Part shown: positions 23,814 through 33,566 of the stretch, one piece after another
Layout of the letters: each line of letters starts with the position of its first letter
Position numbering within the stretch: position 1 is the stretch's first letter
Virus record (IMG/VR): IMGVR_UViG_3300027785_000064
Location: 1 to 36,524 of that record
Strand: one strand, 5' to 3'
Length of the DNA: 36,524 nucleotides
From: a virus
Taxonomy: Duplodnaviria; Caudoviricetes
Made by a program: the position numbers and the translations under genes
Notes under the pieces: model-generated
Database searches by the model: none
The model's input: only the letters and a program-made list of their open reading frames with translations
Told to the model about the DNA's origin: nothing

Positions 23814-25658
23814 TTATAAACTTGCTCTTTCTTCAATTGTGTTCACTCGCTTCTGAGATGTGGTGATGTCTGTCTCAACTACTACCGCTTTGATTGTTGG
23901 TTGAGAATTACCCATAGCTGCCTTAATCGTTCCATCTGCATTCAATGATGTACTTCCTGAACTCGGAGGTGCTAATGCTACACCACCACCTGCTGAACCT
24001 AATGATGCCATAGAACCACCTCCACCACCTCCACCTGTAGAATTAAATTGTGTCGCTGAAATCTTTGCTACATTCGCTGCTCCTGCTGCTGCTACACTGA
24101 CTGCACTTACTACTCTTAAGATTGTTGCATATGGTTCAGGTAATGATGATGTAGCAGTAAGAGCATTAATAACACCTTGTATGGTTGATATGATACCATT
24201 TGTTATAGCTAATGCTTTATTAACTTTAAACTGTTGCTTTGCTGCTTTCAATTCTGCTGCACTACCTTTCTCCAGGTTAGCCATCTTAACTGAAAAGAAA
24301 AGATCAGATAATCCTTGCATTGCATCATTACTCTGCTGTGCTATCTCTAAGGTAGCATTTGCAATCTGTAAATTTAAATCCTTAGTTTTCTGTGCATATT
24401 TTTCTCTTATTAAGAACTTAGCTGCTTCATCACCTTCGACCAATGCTAATTCAGCATCCATCTGTATCTGAAGATTCTCTAACTGACCTGCATATGTTTG
24501 AGCATTATAGAATTCATCTAAAGCAGCTTTTGACTTTAACCACTCTTCCGCAATAGCTAAAGCATCTGCATTACCTTGTGCCTCATCTGCTTTTGCTTTA
24601 TCATCTAATAGCTTCTTATCTGCATCTGCTTTATCCTTTATTTCTTTTAATTTTTGTAAATGAATCTCGTATGATTCCTGTGCTTTTCTAAGATTTTCTA
24701 AATCCTTCTTTGCTTTTTCTTCATCTGCTGTTTTTTGTTTTTCTGCGGCTGCGTCATTTATTTTCTTTTGTTCTTTTCTTGCATCTCCTATAATCTTAGC
24801 AGATGCCAATGTTTGCTTTTGTGTTAATGCTAATAATTCAGCGGATTCGGCTGCACTTAAATCCCTAACTCCTTTAATAAACATTAATTGTAACCTTCTC
24901 GTTTCATCCCTTTTCTTTTCCGCTTCGAATAACTCTTTCTCCGTTGCTCCCTTTGCCTTTAATAATTGAATCTCAAAGTCAGATGCTTTGTTTAATACGG
25001 CATTCTTTTTTTCAATAGCTGATACATGTTTATCTAATTTCTCTGCTGCTTCTTTTTCTAATTCGTTTAACCTTTCTTGGCTTAATGCGGCATCCTCAGA
25101 GGATACAGATAGTAAAGCAAACGCACCAATTAAAGCTGTAATTCCTGCAATAATTAATCCTATTGGATTTGCATTTAAAGCCGCATTCCAAAGGTATTGA
25201 CCTACTGTTACAAGTTTTTGCCCTAATGCTGTTTTACCTAATACTAACTGGAGATTCTTAAACGAATCCCCTAATCCTACAATCCCCTTAATTCCTTCAG
25301 CGAATGCGGTTGCTGCTTGAACTTTCAATAGCATTTTTTGTGTCTCTTCCGATTCTATCCCAAACAATGCCATAGCACCTACTGCTCCTTGTATACCCGA
25401 AGCTACACCACCCATAACATTACCGAATGCTTGTATCTTACCTTCGGGATTGAATGTTTTGATAGTATCATTTAGATCACCTATATCATCTTTGATACCG
25501 CCTAATCTTTGTAATGTACTAACATACTCTTTCGTGCCAATAGTTAATCCTTCTAAGGTCTTTTGTGTTTCCTTAAACTCTTTCTTTAACTCGGATAAAC
25601 TTTTCGCACCACCATCGGCATCTACATTTATCTTTATCGCTACTTCTTTGTCTGCCAT
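23814..25658 (-). CDS. Tape measure protein
   Basis: A/K/E-rich helical; WNAALNANPIGLII; G-rich C-terminus ending KAVVVETDIT. Confidence 0.85.
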   Translation of the reverse strand: MADKEVAIKINVDADGGAKSLSELKKEFKETQKTLEGLTIGTKEYVSTLQRLGGIKDDIGDLNDTIKTFNPEGKIQAFGNVMGGVASGIQGAVGAMALFGIESEETQKMLLKVQAATAFAEGIKGIVGLGDSFKNLQLVLGKTALGQKLVTVGQYLWNAALNANPIGLIIAGITALIGAFALLSVSSEDAALSQERLNELEKEAAEKLDKHVSAIEKKNAVLNKASDFEIQLLKAKGATEKELFEAEKKRDETRRLQLMFIKGVRDLSAAESAELLALTQKQTLASAKIIGDARKEQKKINDAAAEKQKTADEEKAKKDLENLRKAQESYEIHLQKLKEIKDKADADKKLLDDKAKADEAQGNADALAIAEEWLKSKAALDEFYNAQTYAGQLENLQIQMDAELALVEGDEAAKFLIREKYAQKTKDLNLQIANATLEIAQQSNDAMQGLSDLFFSVKMANLEKGSAAELKAAKQQFKVNKALAITNGIISTIQGVINALTATSSLPEPYATILRVVSAVSVAAAGAANVAKISATQFNSTGGGGGGGSMASLGSAGGGVALAPPSSGSTSLNADGTIKAAMGNSQPTIKAVVVETDITTSQKRVNTIEERASL

Positions 25659-28474
25659 TATTCCTGTATTATTCTATAGGTTAAATAAATAATTATATCG
25701 CTGTTGCCTAATGTTGGATTACCCGTTTGTGTTACTAAGTATACTCCCTTATTAGATATCAATTGTGTATCTGCTGCTGCACTTATACCTTGCTGTGCCG
25801 ATACAGCAATTCTACTTAGTGTAGCATTCAACGCATTACTAAATGAATGCTGAACTCTTGTAGCTGTATCTGTATAGATGTTTAGTGTAGTATTAACTGA
25901 ATATGCTGTAGTATTAAAAGATACCTTACAAGCTGCTGTCAATACCTGAATGTAATATCCTGCTCCTGGTGATGGTATCAATAAGTAAGGTGTAGTAAAC
26001 AATGTCAATACACTTGCACTCGGAATGGTTATTGTGCTTGTTTGGTTTAAGCTATCCTCATTCAATACCACACCATTGATATACATCGAATTGCTCTCAG
26101 TAATCTCAGTATCAAATGTGTTAATCAATGTTACATTATTCAATCCTCCTCCTATAATACATCCGCTACTACCTAACAAGGTTATACCTTGACTATTACC
26201 GATTACATTGCTATTACCATTTACAATGCAGCTTCTTACATTGTCTCCATAGATGTTGCCAGTTCCTCCGGTCATTGCTCTCGCTCCACCTGTTATTCTG
26301 ATGTTATCTACTGTTGATGCGTTCCATGTGTTGATGATTGGAGGAATCTCATTAGATAAACCAAATGCCGAACCAATACCACCTCGCATAGTATGTAATG
26401 TTGGTGTAAATGTACCGGCATCTTTAACCTTTATAAACTCACATTTCGTTACATCGTTCTTCAAAGGATCGTAATCAAATACCTTATTAAGTCTAAAGTA
26501 ATCATTCTGAAAGTAAAACTGATTCCTAAAGTCTAATGTTCTCACATCTGATGGTCTCAGATAAAAATAAGCTGTAAGTATCTTACTGTCTCTATCTGTG
26601 ATCTCATCTATTAACTTCTTATGGAATCTATTGAAGATATTGTTATTCGTGTATAATTCAGTCTCGTAGTATATCTCTTGAGGAACACCGAAAGATAGAT
26701 CTAATGTTGGATTTGTAGGTTCATCTACATGACCTGCATACAAGTACTGAGTAACAGTATGAACACCGCTTACTCTCCCATTATACTGATATGATACATT
26801 GGATGTCTTTACCCCTCCGTTATAAAGCAATCTGATGTTAAATGCTTTGCTCTTTACAATATTTGAACTATCCACATCCCATATCCTGGAGATGATTCTA
26901 TTACTTGCATTGTCACCGACCAATGGTGTAGGACTAAATATTACTTTGTTCTCACTTGTTGCACTTAAGAACTCGTTATCTGTTACATATCTAAATCTTC
27001 CGTATGTCTCAGAATAGGTATCCTTATACTTCTTATTGAAGTAATCGGTATCATCTGTATAGGTAAAGTTAAATTCTTTGTTATCCAAATCACCCATTGG
27101 TTTGATGTCAATCGGCTTTGAATTATCTAACTTATAAGACCAGTCTACATTTGTACCTGAACTATAGAAGTCATCCCTTGTTTCAATGAGTAGATTACTA
27201 TCGTTATTAGGATCAGTATCAACGTATAGATTGAACATCTTAATTACTGACAATAAGAAATCCTTCTGTTTTATCTTTAACGGAACAGCTTGATTGATAA
27301 CACAAGTATCACCCTCAACAATACCTGTTACTGGAACAAGGTTCTTGAATGTACCACCATTAACTCCTAATGTACCTGAAAAACCATCTGCTCCATAAGA
27401 AAACTTACTAAATGCAGCTGTAATTTTAATCCTATCTCCTGAATTTAAAAATATATTTGTAATGCCGATTGTCATTACTGAAGATGCATCTGTTGTAATA
27501 TAATCGTCAGCTATTGTAGTGAATGTTACACCTGCATTTGTACTCTTTTTTATTTTTAATCCGAAATACAAATTACCTACACTTGGCGTAACATTATCAA
27601 CGTACTCAGCATTAGCACCAAAACTAAAAAAACCACCTACCGCACAAATGAATTGACCTGTACTCGGATTGTATTGCCCTGATGGATCACTGATCTCATT
27701 GTTATAAATTACATCGAAATCATTTGTTGATCCATAAGTATCTACTGCTGCATTAGTCTCAACTGTCTGCCTTGCTTCAAATAACTTTGGTGCTAATAGT
27801 GTATCTGTTAGTAATAATTTAGATCCATTGGCAGGAACTATCAGCTTCTTAAAGTAATCACTATTAAAGAATGAACTTGTATAAGTATAACCTACACTCT
27901 GAAATATTTTATCGATATAAGTTCTAAGGAATAACGCAGGTAACAAATGCTCTACATCTACCTTAGTCAGATCGTTATCATATCCATAGTCAATCAATGG
28001 ATAGCAATACCCATCTGTATAATCATTAGTCCAGGATGCTACTTGTGTCGCATAATCATAGGTATGGTCATAATCACTCAAATCTAAGGCAGTCAATTCG
28101 GCAGTACCTAATGCATTGAAGATGTTACCGACATTACCTAAGATCATCACCTCATACTCAATCTTACTATCATCATTGATGGTAATCGATAGCATCTGAA
28201 TGTACCCATTAATCTGATTCTCATCATCAATGGTCAATATACCTTTTACCTTTGCATTCGGATTGAAGCTACCATCAGTAACATTCACATCGAAGATATT
28301 GCCAAACAGGAGATTGTTATTCTTTGTTCCTGGTATCTTAATGGTTTTTGAGTAGTTACTGTTCCTCTTATCAGGATATCTAATATCAGCAATAGAGAAG
28401 TTTAATGGTGTTGATACATCATCATACATATCAATGCTTCCGCTACTTGGTAAGAATATCTTTGTTCTGCTCAT
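25658..28474 (-). CDS. Large tail-tip/baseplate protein
   Basis: FSIADIR...R.SNYSKTIKIPGT..NN..F, YPLIDYG, DWS.KLD; beta-rich C-terminal appendage. Confidence 0.75.
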   Translation of the reverse strand: MSRTKIFLPSSGSIDMYDDVSTPLNFSIADIRYPDKRNSNYSKTIKIPGTKNNNLLFGNIFDVNVTDGSFNPNAKVKGILTIDDENQINGYIQMLSITINDDSKIEYEVMILGNVGNIFNALGTAELTALDLSDYDHTYDYATQVASWTNDYTDGYCYPLIDYGYDNDLTKVDVEHLLPALFLRTYIDKIFQSVGYTYTSSFFNSDYFKKLIVPANGSKLLLTDTLLAPKLFEARQTVETNAAVDTYGSTNDFDVIYNNEISDPSGQYNPSTGQFICAVGGFFSFGANAEYVDNVTPSVGNLYFGLKIKKSTNAGVTFTTIADDYITTDASSVMTIGITNIFLNSGDRIKITAAFSKFSYGADGFSGTLGVNGGTFKNLVPVTGIVEGDTCVINQAVPLKIKQKDFLLSVIKMFNLYVDTDPNNDSNLLIETRDDFYSSGTNVDWSYKLDNSKPIDIKPMGDLDNKEFNFTYTDDTDYFNKKYKDTYSETYGRFRYVTDNEFLSATSENKVIFSPTPLVGDNASNRIISRIWDVDSSNIVKSKAFNIRLLYNGGVKTSNVSYQYNGRVSGVHTVTQYLYAGHVDEPTNPTLDLSFGVPQEIYYETELYTNNNIFNRFHKKLIDEITDRDSKILTAYFYLRPSDVRTLDFRNQFYFQNDYFRLNKVFDYDPLKNDVTKCEFIKVKDAGTFTPTLHTMRGGIGSAFGLSNEIPPIINTWNASTVDNIRITGGARAMTGGTGNIYGDNVRSCIVNGNSNVIGNSQGITLLGSSGCIIGGGLNNVTLINTFDTEITESNSMYINGVVLNEDSLNQTSTITIPSASVLTLFTTPYLLIPSPGAGYYIQVLTAACKVSFNTTAYSVNTTLNIYTDTATRVQHSFSNALNATLSRIAVSAQQGISAAADTQLISNKGVYLVTQTGNPTLGNSDIIIYLTYRIIQE

Positions 28475-29670
28475 TATAGTCTTTGTCTGTATCTATCGTA
28501 ACTCAATGTATATTCTAACTGTAAATTAAACAGCTTCTCATTCACTACCTTTTTCTTCTCAAAGGATGTGTTGGTTATGTTAATCGGTATCAGATATAAG
28601 CCATCATCTAATCTAACATCCGGTGAAGTAACTAACTGCTCTAACCATGCTAACTGCTCCTCTGTTACCCAATCACTCTGAATGCTTACCTTATCTTTAA
28701 TCCTTGTATGGTATTGTGAATACGCTCTGTCATTCGGACTGTTTACAAATGAGAAGCTGCTACCATAAGAACCTAAGTCTTTCTTAAATATTGATCTCTC
28801 TATATCCATTGTCTCCTTACTTACTAAAGTAAAGTTAAACGTATCATACCCACCTAACTCATTAAGGAACTGCAATCTTCGTTTCTCATATCGTGAACAA
28901 TTATCGACAATGTTATATCTTGCATCAATCGATAACGCTGCATTGGAACTGTTAAATGTCTGAACAATATAGTAAGCTACCGAACCTGTTATTATCGGTT
29001 GAACTCCTAAAGTGAACTGAGCATCGGGAATATTAAGGATGTTATAAGGCCCAGTCGGAATCCGCAGAAATCTACTTGTAGTATATTTGTTATCTATTTT
29101 AAATGTACCTATCAATGTATTTGCACTATTGTAAGTCAATACCTTAACATAGCTTGTATCTAAGTTAAAGTTATTCCAATACAGCCATGCATTATCATCT
29201 ACCATCAATTGCATTCCATCCTTTACATATGGATGCTCTGTTAAAAATTCACTAATATAATCACCACTTGAGTAGTTACAGAATGTAGGATAGTCTACAA
29301 CAGCATTCCATAGATACTTACCTGATACTGTTGTTAGATTCGGATATACTACTGTTCCACTTGATCCATATGCCTCACCGAACTTAACTTCGTATAATAC
29401 ATTACTATTGTTATTCGGTAGTATCCTATTGTCATCTGCTGAGATATCTACACTCACTCTGCTCTCAAGTAATGGTGATACGTTTACCTTACCACTTAAC
29501 TCTGTTGGATGTGGAGGGATCAACATACGATCTACCTTCACACTATTCACATAGATATCGGCTACGAACTTAAAGTTAGGTTGTGCTACATTGGATGAGG
29601 TTACAATATACACCGCATCATTGTATGCAGGGAATAAACTTGCCGGTTGCTGTCTTACTGTTATTGCCAT
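28474..29670 (-). CDS. Tail structural protein (distal tail-like)
   Basis: FLNELGGYDTFNF, L.QLVTSP.V; coupled to the tail-tip gene. Confidence 0.65.
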   Translation of the reverse strand: MAITVRQQPASLFPAYNDAVYIVTSSNVAQPNFKFVADIYVNSVKVDRMLIPPHPTELSGKVNVSPLLESRVSVDISADDNRILPNNNSNVLYEVKFGEAYGSSGTVVYPNLTTVSGKYLWNAVVDYPTFCNYSSGDYISEFLTEHPYVKDGMQLMVDDNAWLYWNNFNLDTSYVKVLTYNSANTLIGTFKIDNKYTTSRFLRIPTGPYNILNIPDAQFTLGVQPIITGSVAYYIVQTFNSSNAALSIDARYNIVDNCSRYEKRRLQFLNELGGYDTFNFTLVSKETMDIERSIFKKDLGSYGSSFSFVNSPNDRAYSQYHTRIKDKVSIQSDWVTEEQLAWLEQLVTSPDVRLDDGLYLIPINITNTSFEKKKVVNEKLFNLQLEYTLSYDRYRQRL

Positions 29671-30183
29671 TTATTCTAAATTGAAATCTATTAATATCTC
29701 TCTGCCTAATGCAGTCGATAGGTCTTTACTCATGTTATCTAATATGTTATTATCAAATGCTTCATCCACAAAGTTAGTCGGTTTGATACCCTTCTTTGAT
29801 ATGCTCCTACCGATTAGATATGCCAATGTTCTCAATGCTTTCTCCTTTGCTAATGGTTTCTTCCTCTTTACTAAGATACCTTTTGTATTCCTATAGTTAT
29901 TCTGTATCCCCTTGTAGTTTATCCCTCTATTAGCTATGTGTTTCAACATCGCATTAATCGGAGGCATCTTTGCACCTTTCTTCCTTCCTCCATCAACATA
30001 CTTCCAATAATCGAGCATACTAATCTCCATCACCATGTTGGTAGCAAATGATCTAATGTTAATCGATATGCTCTGTCTTAACATTGCCTGTGCTACCCTT
30101 TCATTCTTCTCTAATGAATCAGCTAAGGCATCAATGATAATCTGCTTATAGTTCTCTAATATCTGTCTCGGACTATCTGCCAT
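29671..30183 (-). CDS. Neck/tail-completion protein
   Basis: YWKYVDGGRK.G..PP, AYLIGRSI..KGIKPT.F. Confidence 0.6.
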   Translation of the reverse strand: MADSPRQILENYKQIIIDALADSLEKNERVAQAMLRQSISINIRSFATNMVMEISMLDYWKYVDGGRKKGAKMPPINAMLKHIANRGINYKGIQNNYRNTKGILVKRKKPLAKEKALRTLAYLIGRSISKKGIKPTNFVDEAFDNNILDNMSKDLSTALGREILIDFNLE

Positions 30184-30457
30184 TCTTCATCTGTTGGTCT
30201 AACTGCTCCTTGATATAATTCTGCTTATCCTTAAAGTAACTCAATGAATTTAAGAACTCAATCACATTCATCTCTAAGAAATACTCCCACTTAGTCCTAT
30301 CGTTATTGCTTAGATTGTCTAAAGTATAATACCATCCCCAATGCTTGACAAAGCCAGGTCTGTTGCTTCCTGCGTTTTCTTCGTCAGCTTCTTCATCTGC
30401 AATTCCAAAAAGTCGCTTGTACCTTTTATTAATCGCTGATAATTCGACAAAAAAAAA
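30173..30457 (-). CDS. -1 frameshift extension of the tail chaperone (fusion 30173..30927), not in ORF track
   Basis: Open -1 frame from GGT TTT TTT TTG: FVELSAINKRYKRLFG...KHWGWYYTLD...QQMKNGR, filling the gap up to the next gene. Confidence 0.75.
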   Translation of the reverse strand, partial: FFFVELSAINKRYKRLFGIADEEADEENAGSNRPGFVKHWGWYYTLDNLSNNDRTKWEYFLEMNVIEFLNSLSYFKDKQNYIKEQLDQQMKNGR

Positions 30458-30927
30458 CCACTCATACTAAATACCATCGGCATTCTCATGTTCTCCTGGA
30501 TATACTTTGCTCTGTCACTTACTATCGTATCTTTCTTCTTACCATACCAATTGATCTCCTCACATAACACCGCTAAGAATGTATGCAGGTTATCGTTAAT
30601 CTTCTCTTTATCCTTTACAAGTTCAGTTAAGTCAATGTACTGACCTGCTGATACACTACGCATGTTAAGATTGAATCGGAATCGTTTCTTACCTATCCTT
30701 ACCTTTGAATGTATCTTCTGTTGTTTTGGTTTCTCCTTAATGAATGTTACTTCCATCAGCTTCTCTTTCAGCTTGTTTAACGGAATCTCATCGGTGTAGT
30801 AAGCTATTGACTTATCTGTTAATGTTGCCAGGATACCGATTGACCTTTCGAGATCATCAGTATAATCCTCATCAATCTCTTTGCAGAGATCCTGGTACTG
30901 CTTAATGTTTATATCTTTCCATTCCAT
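30319..30927 (-). CDS. Tail assembly chaperone-like protein (0-frame product)
   Basis: W.DI.IKQYQ, GQYIDL, GFFL at a T9 slippery run. Confidence 0.65.
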   Translation of the reverse strand: MEWKDINIKQYQDLCKEIDEDYTDDLERSIGILATLTDKSIAYYTDEIPLNKLKEKLMEVTFIKEKPKQQKIHSKVRIGKKRFRFNLNMRSVSAGQYIDLTELVKDKEKINDNLHTFLAVLCEEINWYGKKKDTIVSDRAKYIQENMRMPMVFSMSGFFLSNYQRLIKGTSDFLELQMKKLTKKTQEATDLALSSIGDGIIL

Positions 30928-30931
30928 AACT

Positions 30932-30959
30932 ATAAGTATAAGATTGAATCGATTTGTGC
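30932..30959 (-). promoter_or_regulatory. Late promoter GCACAA-N13-TATACTTAT
   Basis: One of five identically spaced copies. Confidence 0.8.
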
Positions 30960-30962
30960 AAC

Positions 30963-32180
30963 TTAAACAATATGATAAATACCGGAATGTTTATTTGTTT
31001 TTAGGGAATGGTATCCGATAGCTGTTGCCATTACAGCATCATCATGGAATCCATTAGGTGCTGAGTACCTGACTGACTTAGTCTTAGGATTATATTCGTA
31101 TGTGAATAGTTCTAACTCCTTAATAAGCCAGTCTCTATCTAACATCTTTACTTCTTTATTCTGATTCGCTACTACTAACTGCTCAATAATATCCTGCTTA
31201 CTCTTTGATGTGGTAAGGAATGGTATAATTAAACCACTATCATTCACTCTATCTCTTAGCTGCTCAAAGATAGGATCACCGATACCATTCACCTCAACAA
31301 ATGTGCTACAGCTAAACTCGTTTATTCTTGCTATTACCTTGCCGATGATATTTGACCAGGTATCTTTATTCCATCTCTCAATGTAATGCATCTCTCCGGT
31401 CTCATTGAATACTGACAGAACAGTATAGTCATCTGCTCTACCTATATCTAATCCTGCATACATCCGATTAGTTCTATCTGATTTGGTGATCAATGTTAGA
31501 TCATTGAATAGTCCTGCACCACCATCCACGAACTCAGCCATGTACTCCTGGCGAAACACATGATCAGGTAATGTTGATCTCGCATCATCTATCTCAGTCG
31601 GATTGATTAATGGATTATCATACGATGTCATCTGAAAGGACTTGTACTGACTGTTCTGATTCTCAAGGTTGAATATCTGATGGAAGTGATTCTTACCCTT
31701 TGGTGTTGATATTAGTAGAACTTTCTTGCCACGAACAAGAACTGTTGCACGAAGTACCTCAGTCCATGCCTCATTGTCCATAAAAGCGAACTCATCACAT
31801 ACCAGATAGTCAAAGGTAAACCCACGAATATTATCATACCGCTCAGCACTGAAGAACTCAATAGTACTATTTTTATGCGAACTAAAAGTAAGTTCAGTTC
31901 CGTTCTTACTCTTGAATACTTGTGGATTCTCTGCAAAGGCATTCTCTATATCTTTAAATACTTTCTTTGATTGTTTGTAGATTGGTGATACCCATCCTAT
32001 CTTACAGTTCGGTACATTAAAAAACCAATATAGTACCTGATTGACAGCCAACAAAGATTTGCCGAACTGTCTACCGATAGATAACACATAGTACTTATGA
32101 TGTCCATTAGCTATCGATTCGTGAATCATCTGCTGATTCTGATGGGGACTGTACAGTTGCACCGAAACTGGCTGTGACAT
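30963..32180 (-). CDS. terL: Terminase large subunit
   Basis: GRQFGKS Walker A, VCDEFAF Walker B, ISTPKGKN, GLDIGRADD, HDDAVMA; exact start uncertain. Confidence 0.95.
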   Translation of the reverse strand: MSQPVSVQLYSPHQNQQMIHESIANGHHKYYVLSIGRQFGKSLLAVNQVLYWFFNVPNCKIGWVSPIYKQSKKVFKDIENAFAENPQVFKSKNGTELTFSSHKNSTIEFFSAERYDNIRGFTFDYLVCDEFAFMDNEAWTEVLRATVLVRGKKVLLISTPKGKNHFHQIFNLENQNSQYKSFQMTSYDNPLINPTEIDDARSTLPDHVFRQEYMAEFVDGGAGLFNDLTLITKSDRTNRMYAGLDIGRADDYTVLSVFNETGEMHYIERWNKDTWSNIIGKVIARINEFSCSTFVEVNGIGDPIFEQLRDRVNDSGLIIPFLTTSKSKQDIIEQLVVANQNKEVKMLDRDWLIKELELFTYEYNPKTKSVRYSAPNGFHDDAVMATAIGYHSLKTNKHSGIYHIV

Positions 32181-32550
32181 TTGTATTGGTTTGGTTTACT
32201 TCTTGCTCTGTCTTATCTTTCCAGTTCTCTTTATCGATGTTCTTCAAGGCGAAGATAGCACCACCAAAGGTAAACGTATCTAACTTGGTCTCGTATGCTA
32301 TGAGTACACAGTCGATTGCTCTTTTTATTGTGTCGGAAAACTGATTACTTTCTTTTCTCCATCCATTCAAAGTATCTCTATGTATACCTAAGTATAAGCA
32401 TAATCCTGTAATAGTTATTATCTGCTTCTCAGTAACACAATACTCAAAGTATTCAATACACTTCTCTTCTAATAATTCAGGTGTAGGATAGATACGAGGT
32501 CTCCCTCCATTATTACCTAACTTAAAGTAGTTTATCTTTGGTGCTGCCAT
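32107..32550 (-). CDS. terS: Terminase small subunit
   Basis: GRPRIY.TPE.L, TITGLCLYLGI, GAIFALKN..W.DK.E; directly upstream of terL. Confidence 0.85.
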   Translation of the reverse strand: MAAPKINYFKLGNNGGRPRIYPTPELLEEKCIEYFEYCVTEKQIITITGLCLYLGIHRDTLNGWRKESNQFSDTIKRAIDCVLIAYETKLDTFTFGGAIFALKNIDKENWKDKTEQEVNQTNTNVTASFGATVQSPSESADDSRIDS

Positions 32551-33191
32551 TATATTACCTTCCCTATTCCTTTTAACTGATTAACAACATCCATATTTCT
32601 ATCGTAATGTTCTGATACCTTTAACTTATATACTTTCTTAATCTTTGCTTGATTGCTTCCCATTGCAAATACTCTTCTTAATGGAATACCTAACTCTTTC
32701 GCTGTACTCATCATTGAAGATACAAAATGTCTCGATGATATAATGTATACTATCTTACCCTCTTTAATCTTCTTCTTAACAAGTTCTTGACCTTTGGCTG
32801 TTGATAGAGTATTATCATAATTGAACGATACCCTATTCTCATCAGCGAAGGATTCATCAACCATCTCAATAAGACCTAACTCTTTCAGCTTGTTATGTGA
32901 CCAGGACTTAGCAGATAAACCACCCCATGAATCATACATTAACTTACCGCATCCATCAGAATAAGTCTTTGAACTATTAAGATCAACTTCATGTCTTGAA
33001 AGATATGAGTACATTCTCTGTATAGTATCAACCGATATAGGTTCTCCTTTGGCTAACTGATTCGCTCTGATCTTACCTACCTCAGTACCACATGAACCCC
33101 ACCCATTCTTATTTGCATAATCGAGAGCAGACTTTGCGTTATTTTTTACGCTATCGGGATAATCTGAATAAGATTCAAACTTACTTTCCAT
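32550..33191 (-). CDS. Two-domain protein: helical phage domain plus degenerate HAD-like domain
   Basis: YSDYP...CGT.VGK.RANQLA...MYD.WGG; then SFNYDNTL, YIISSR, HYDRN. Confidence 0.6.
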   Translation of the reverse strand: MESKFESYSDYPDSVKNNAKSALDYANKNGWGSCGTEVGKIRANQLAKGEPISVDTIQRMYSYLSRHEVDLNSSKTYSDGCGKLMYDSWGGLSAKSWSHNKLKELGLIEMVDESFADENRVSFNYDNTLSTAKGQELVKKKIKEGKIVYIISSRHFVSSMMSTAKELGIPLRRVFAMGSNQAKIKKVYKLKVSEHYDRNMDVVNQLKGIGKVI

Positions 33192-33348
33192 TAATACTAA
33201 GTTTTAATTTTATCATTGCCATACCTCTTCTTATAAGATTAGGTTTGCATTCTTTACAGATGAACGAAGAGCATAACTCACACCATTCACATTCTTTCGG
33301 AATGATATTCTGATCCATTATAGCACATACTTTACAGATTGTTATCAT
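33181..33348 (-). CDS. Small Cys-rich zinc-finger protein (55 aa), not in ORF track
   Basis: MITICKVC...CEWCELC...CKEC. Confidence 0.65.
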   Translation of the reverse strand: MITICKVCAIMDQNIIPKECEWCELCSSFICKECKPNLIRRGMAMIKLKLSINGK

Positions 33349-33354
33349 GCTACC

Positions 33355-33564
33355 TTACAGATTGTTATCTTGTTCGTATTGTATTAGTTCAGAATGTCTG
33401 TTAAGTAAGAACTGACTGATGCAGGAAGGACATGATCTGTCTTGACCTCTTACACCATAGTAATCAAATAACCCATCTAATCCTCCTATACATTGTCCTG
33501 AAGTAACAAAGAGATTTATAACCCCTCTGTACTTTTGACATTCATTGTATTGTTCTTCTGTCAT
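33355..33564 (-). CDS. Small protein with CPSC motif
   Basis: First gene after a late promoter. Confidence 0.65.
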   Translation of the reverse strand: MTEEQYNECQKYRGVINLFVTSGQCIGGLDGLFDYYGVRGQDRSCPSCISQFLLNRHSELIQYEQDNNL

Positions 33565-33566
33565 CT

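Noticed and set aside
24016-24036. CCACCT repeats
   Set aside because: Just the poly-Gly linker of the tape measure protein
22525-25692. + strand Ser/Phe-rich ORFs (22525, 24181, 24988, 25450; likewise 16173, 19675, 26253, 26835, 29591, 33092)
   Set aside because: Antisense shadows of structural genes
27623-27634. In-frame T TTT TTT with -1 TAG in the tail-tip gene
   Set aside because: Only T7, mid-domain, would yield a truncated fragment; likely incidental Phe-Phe codons
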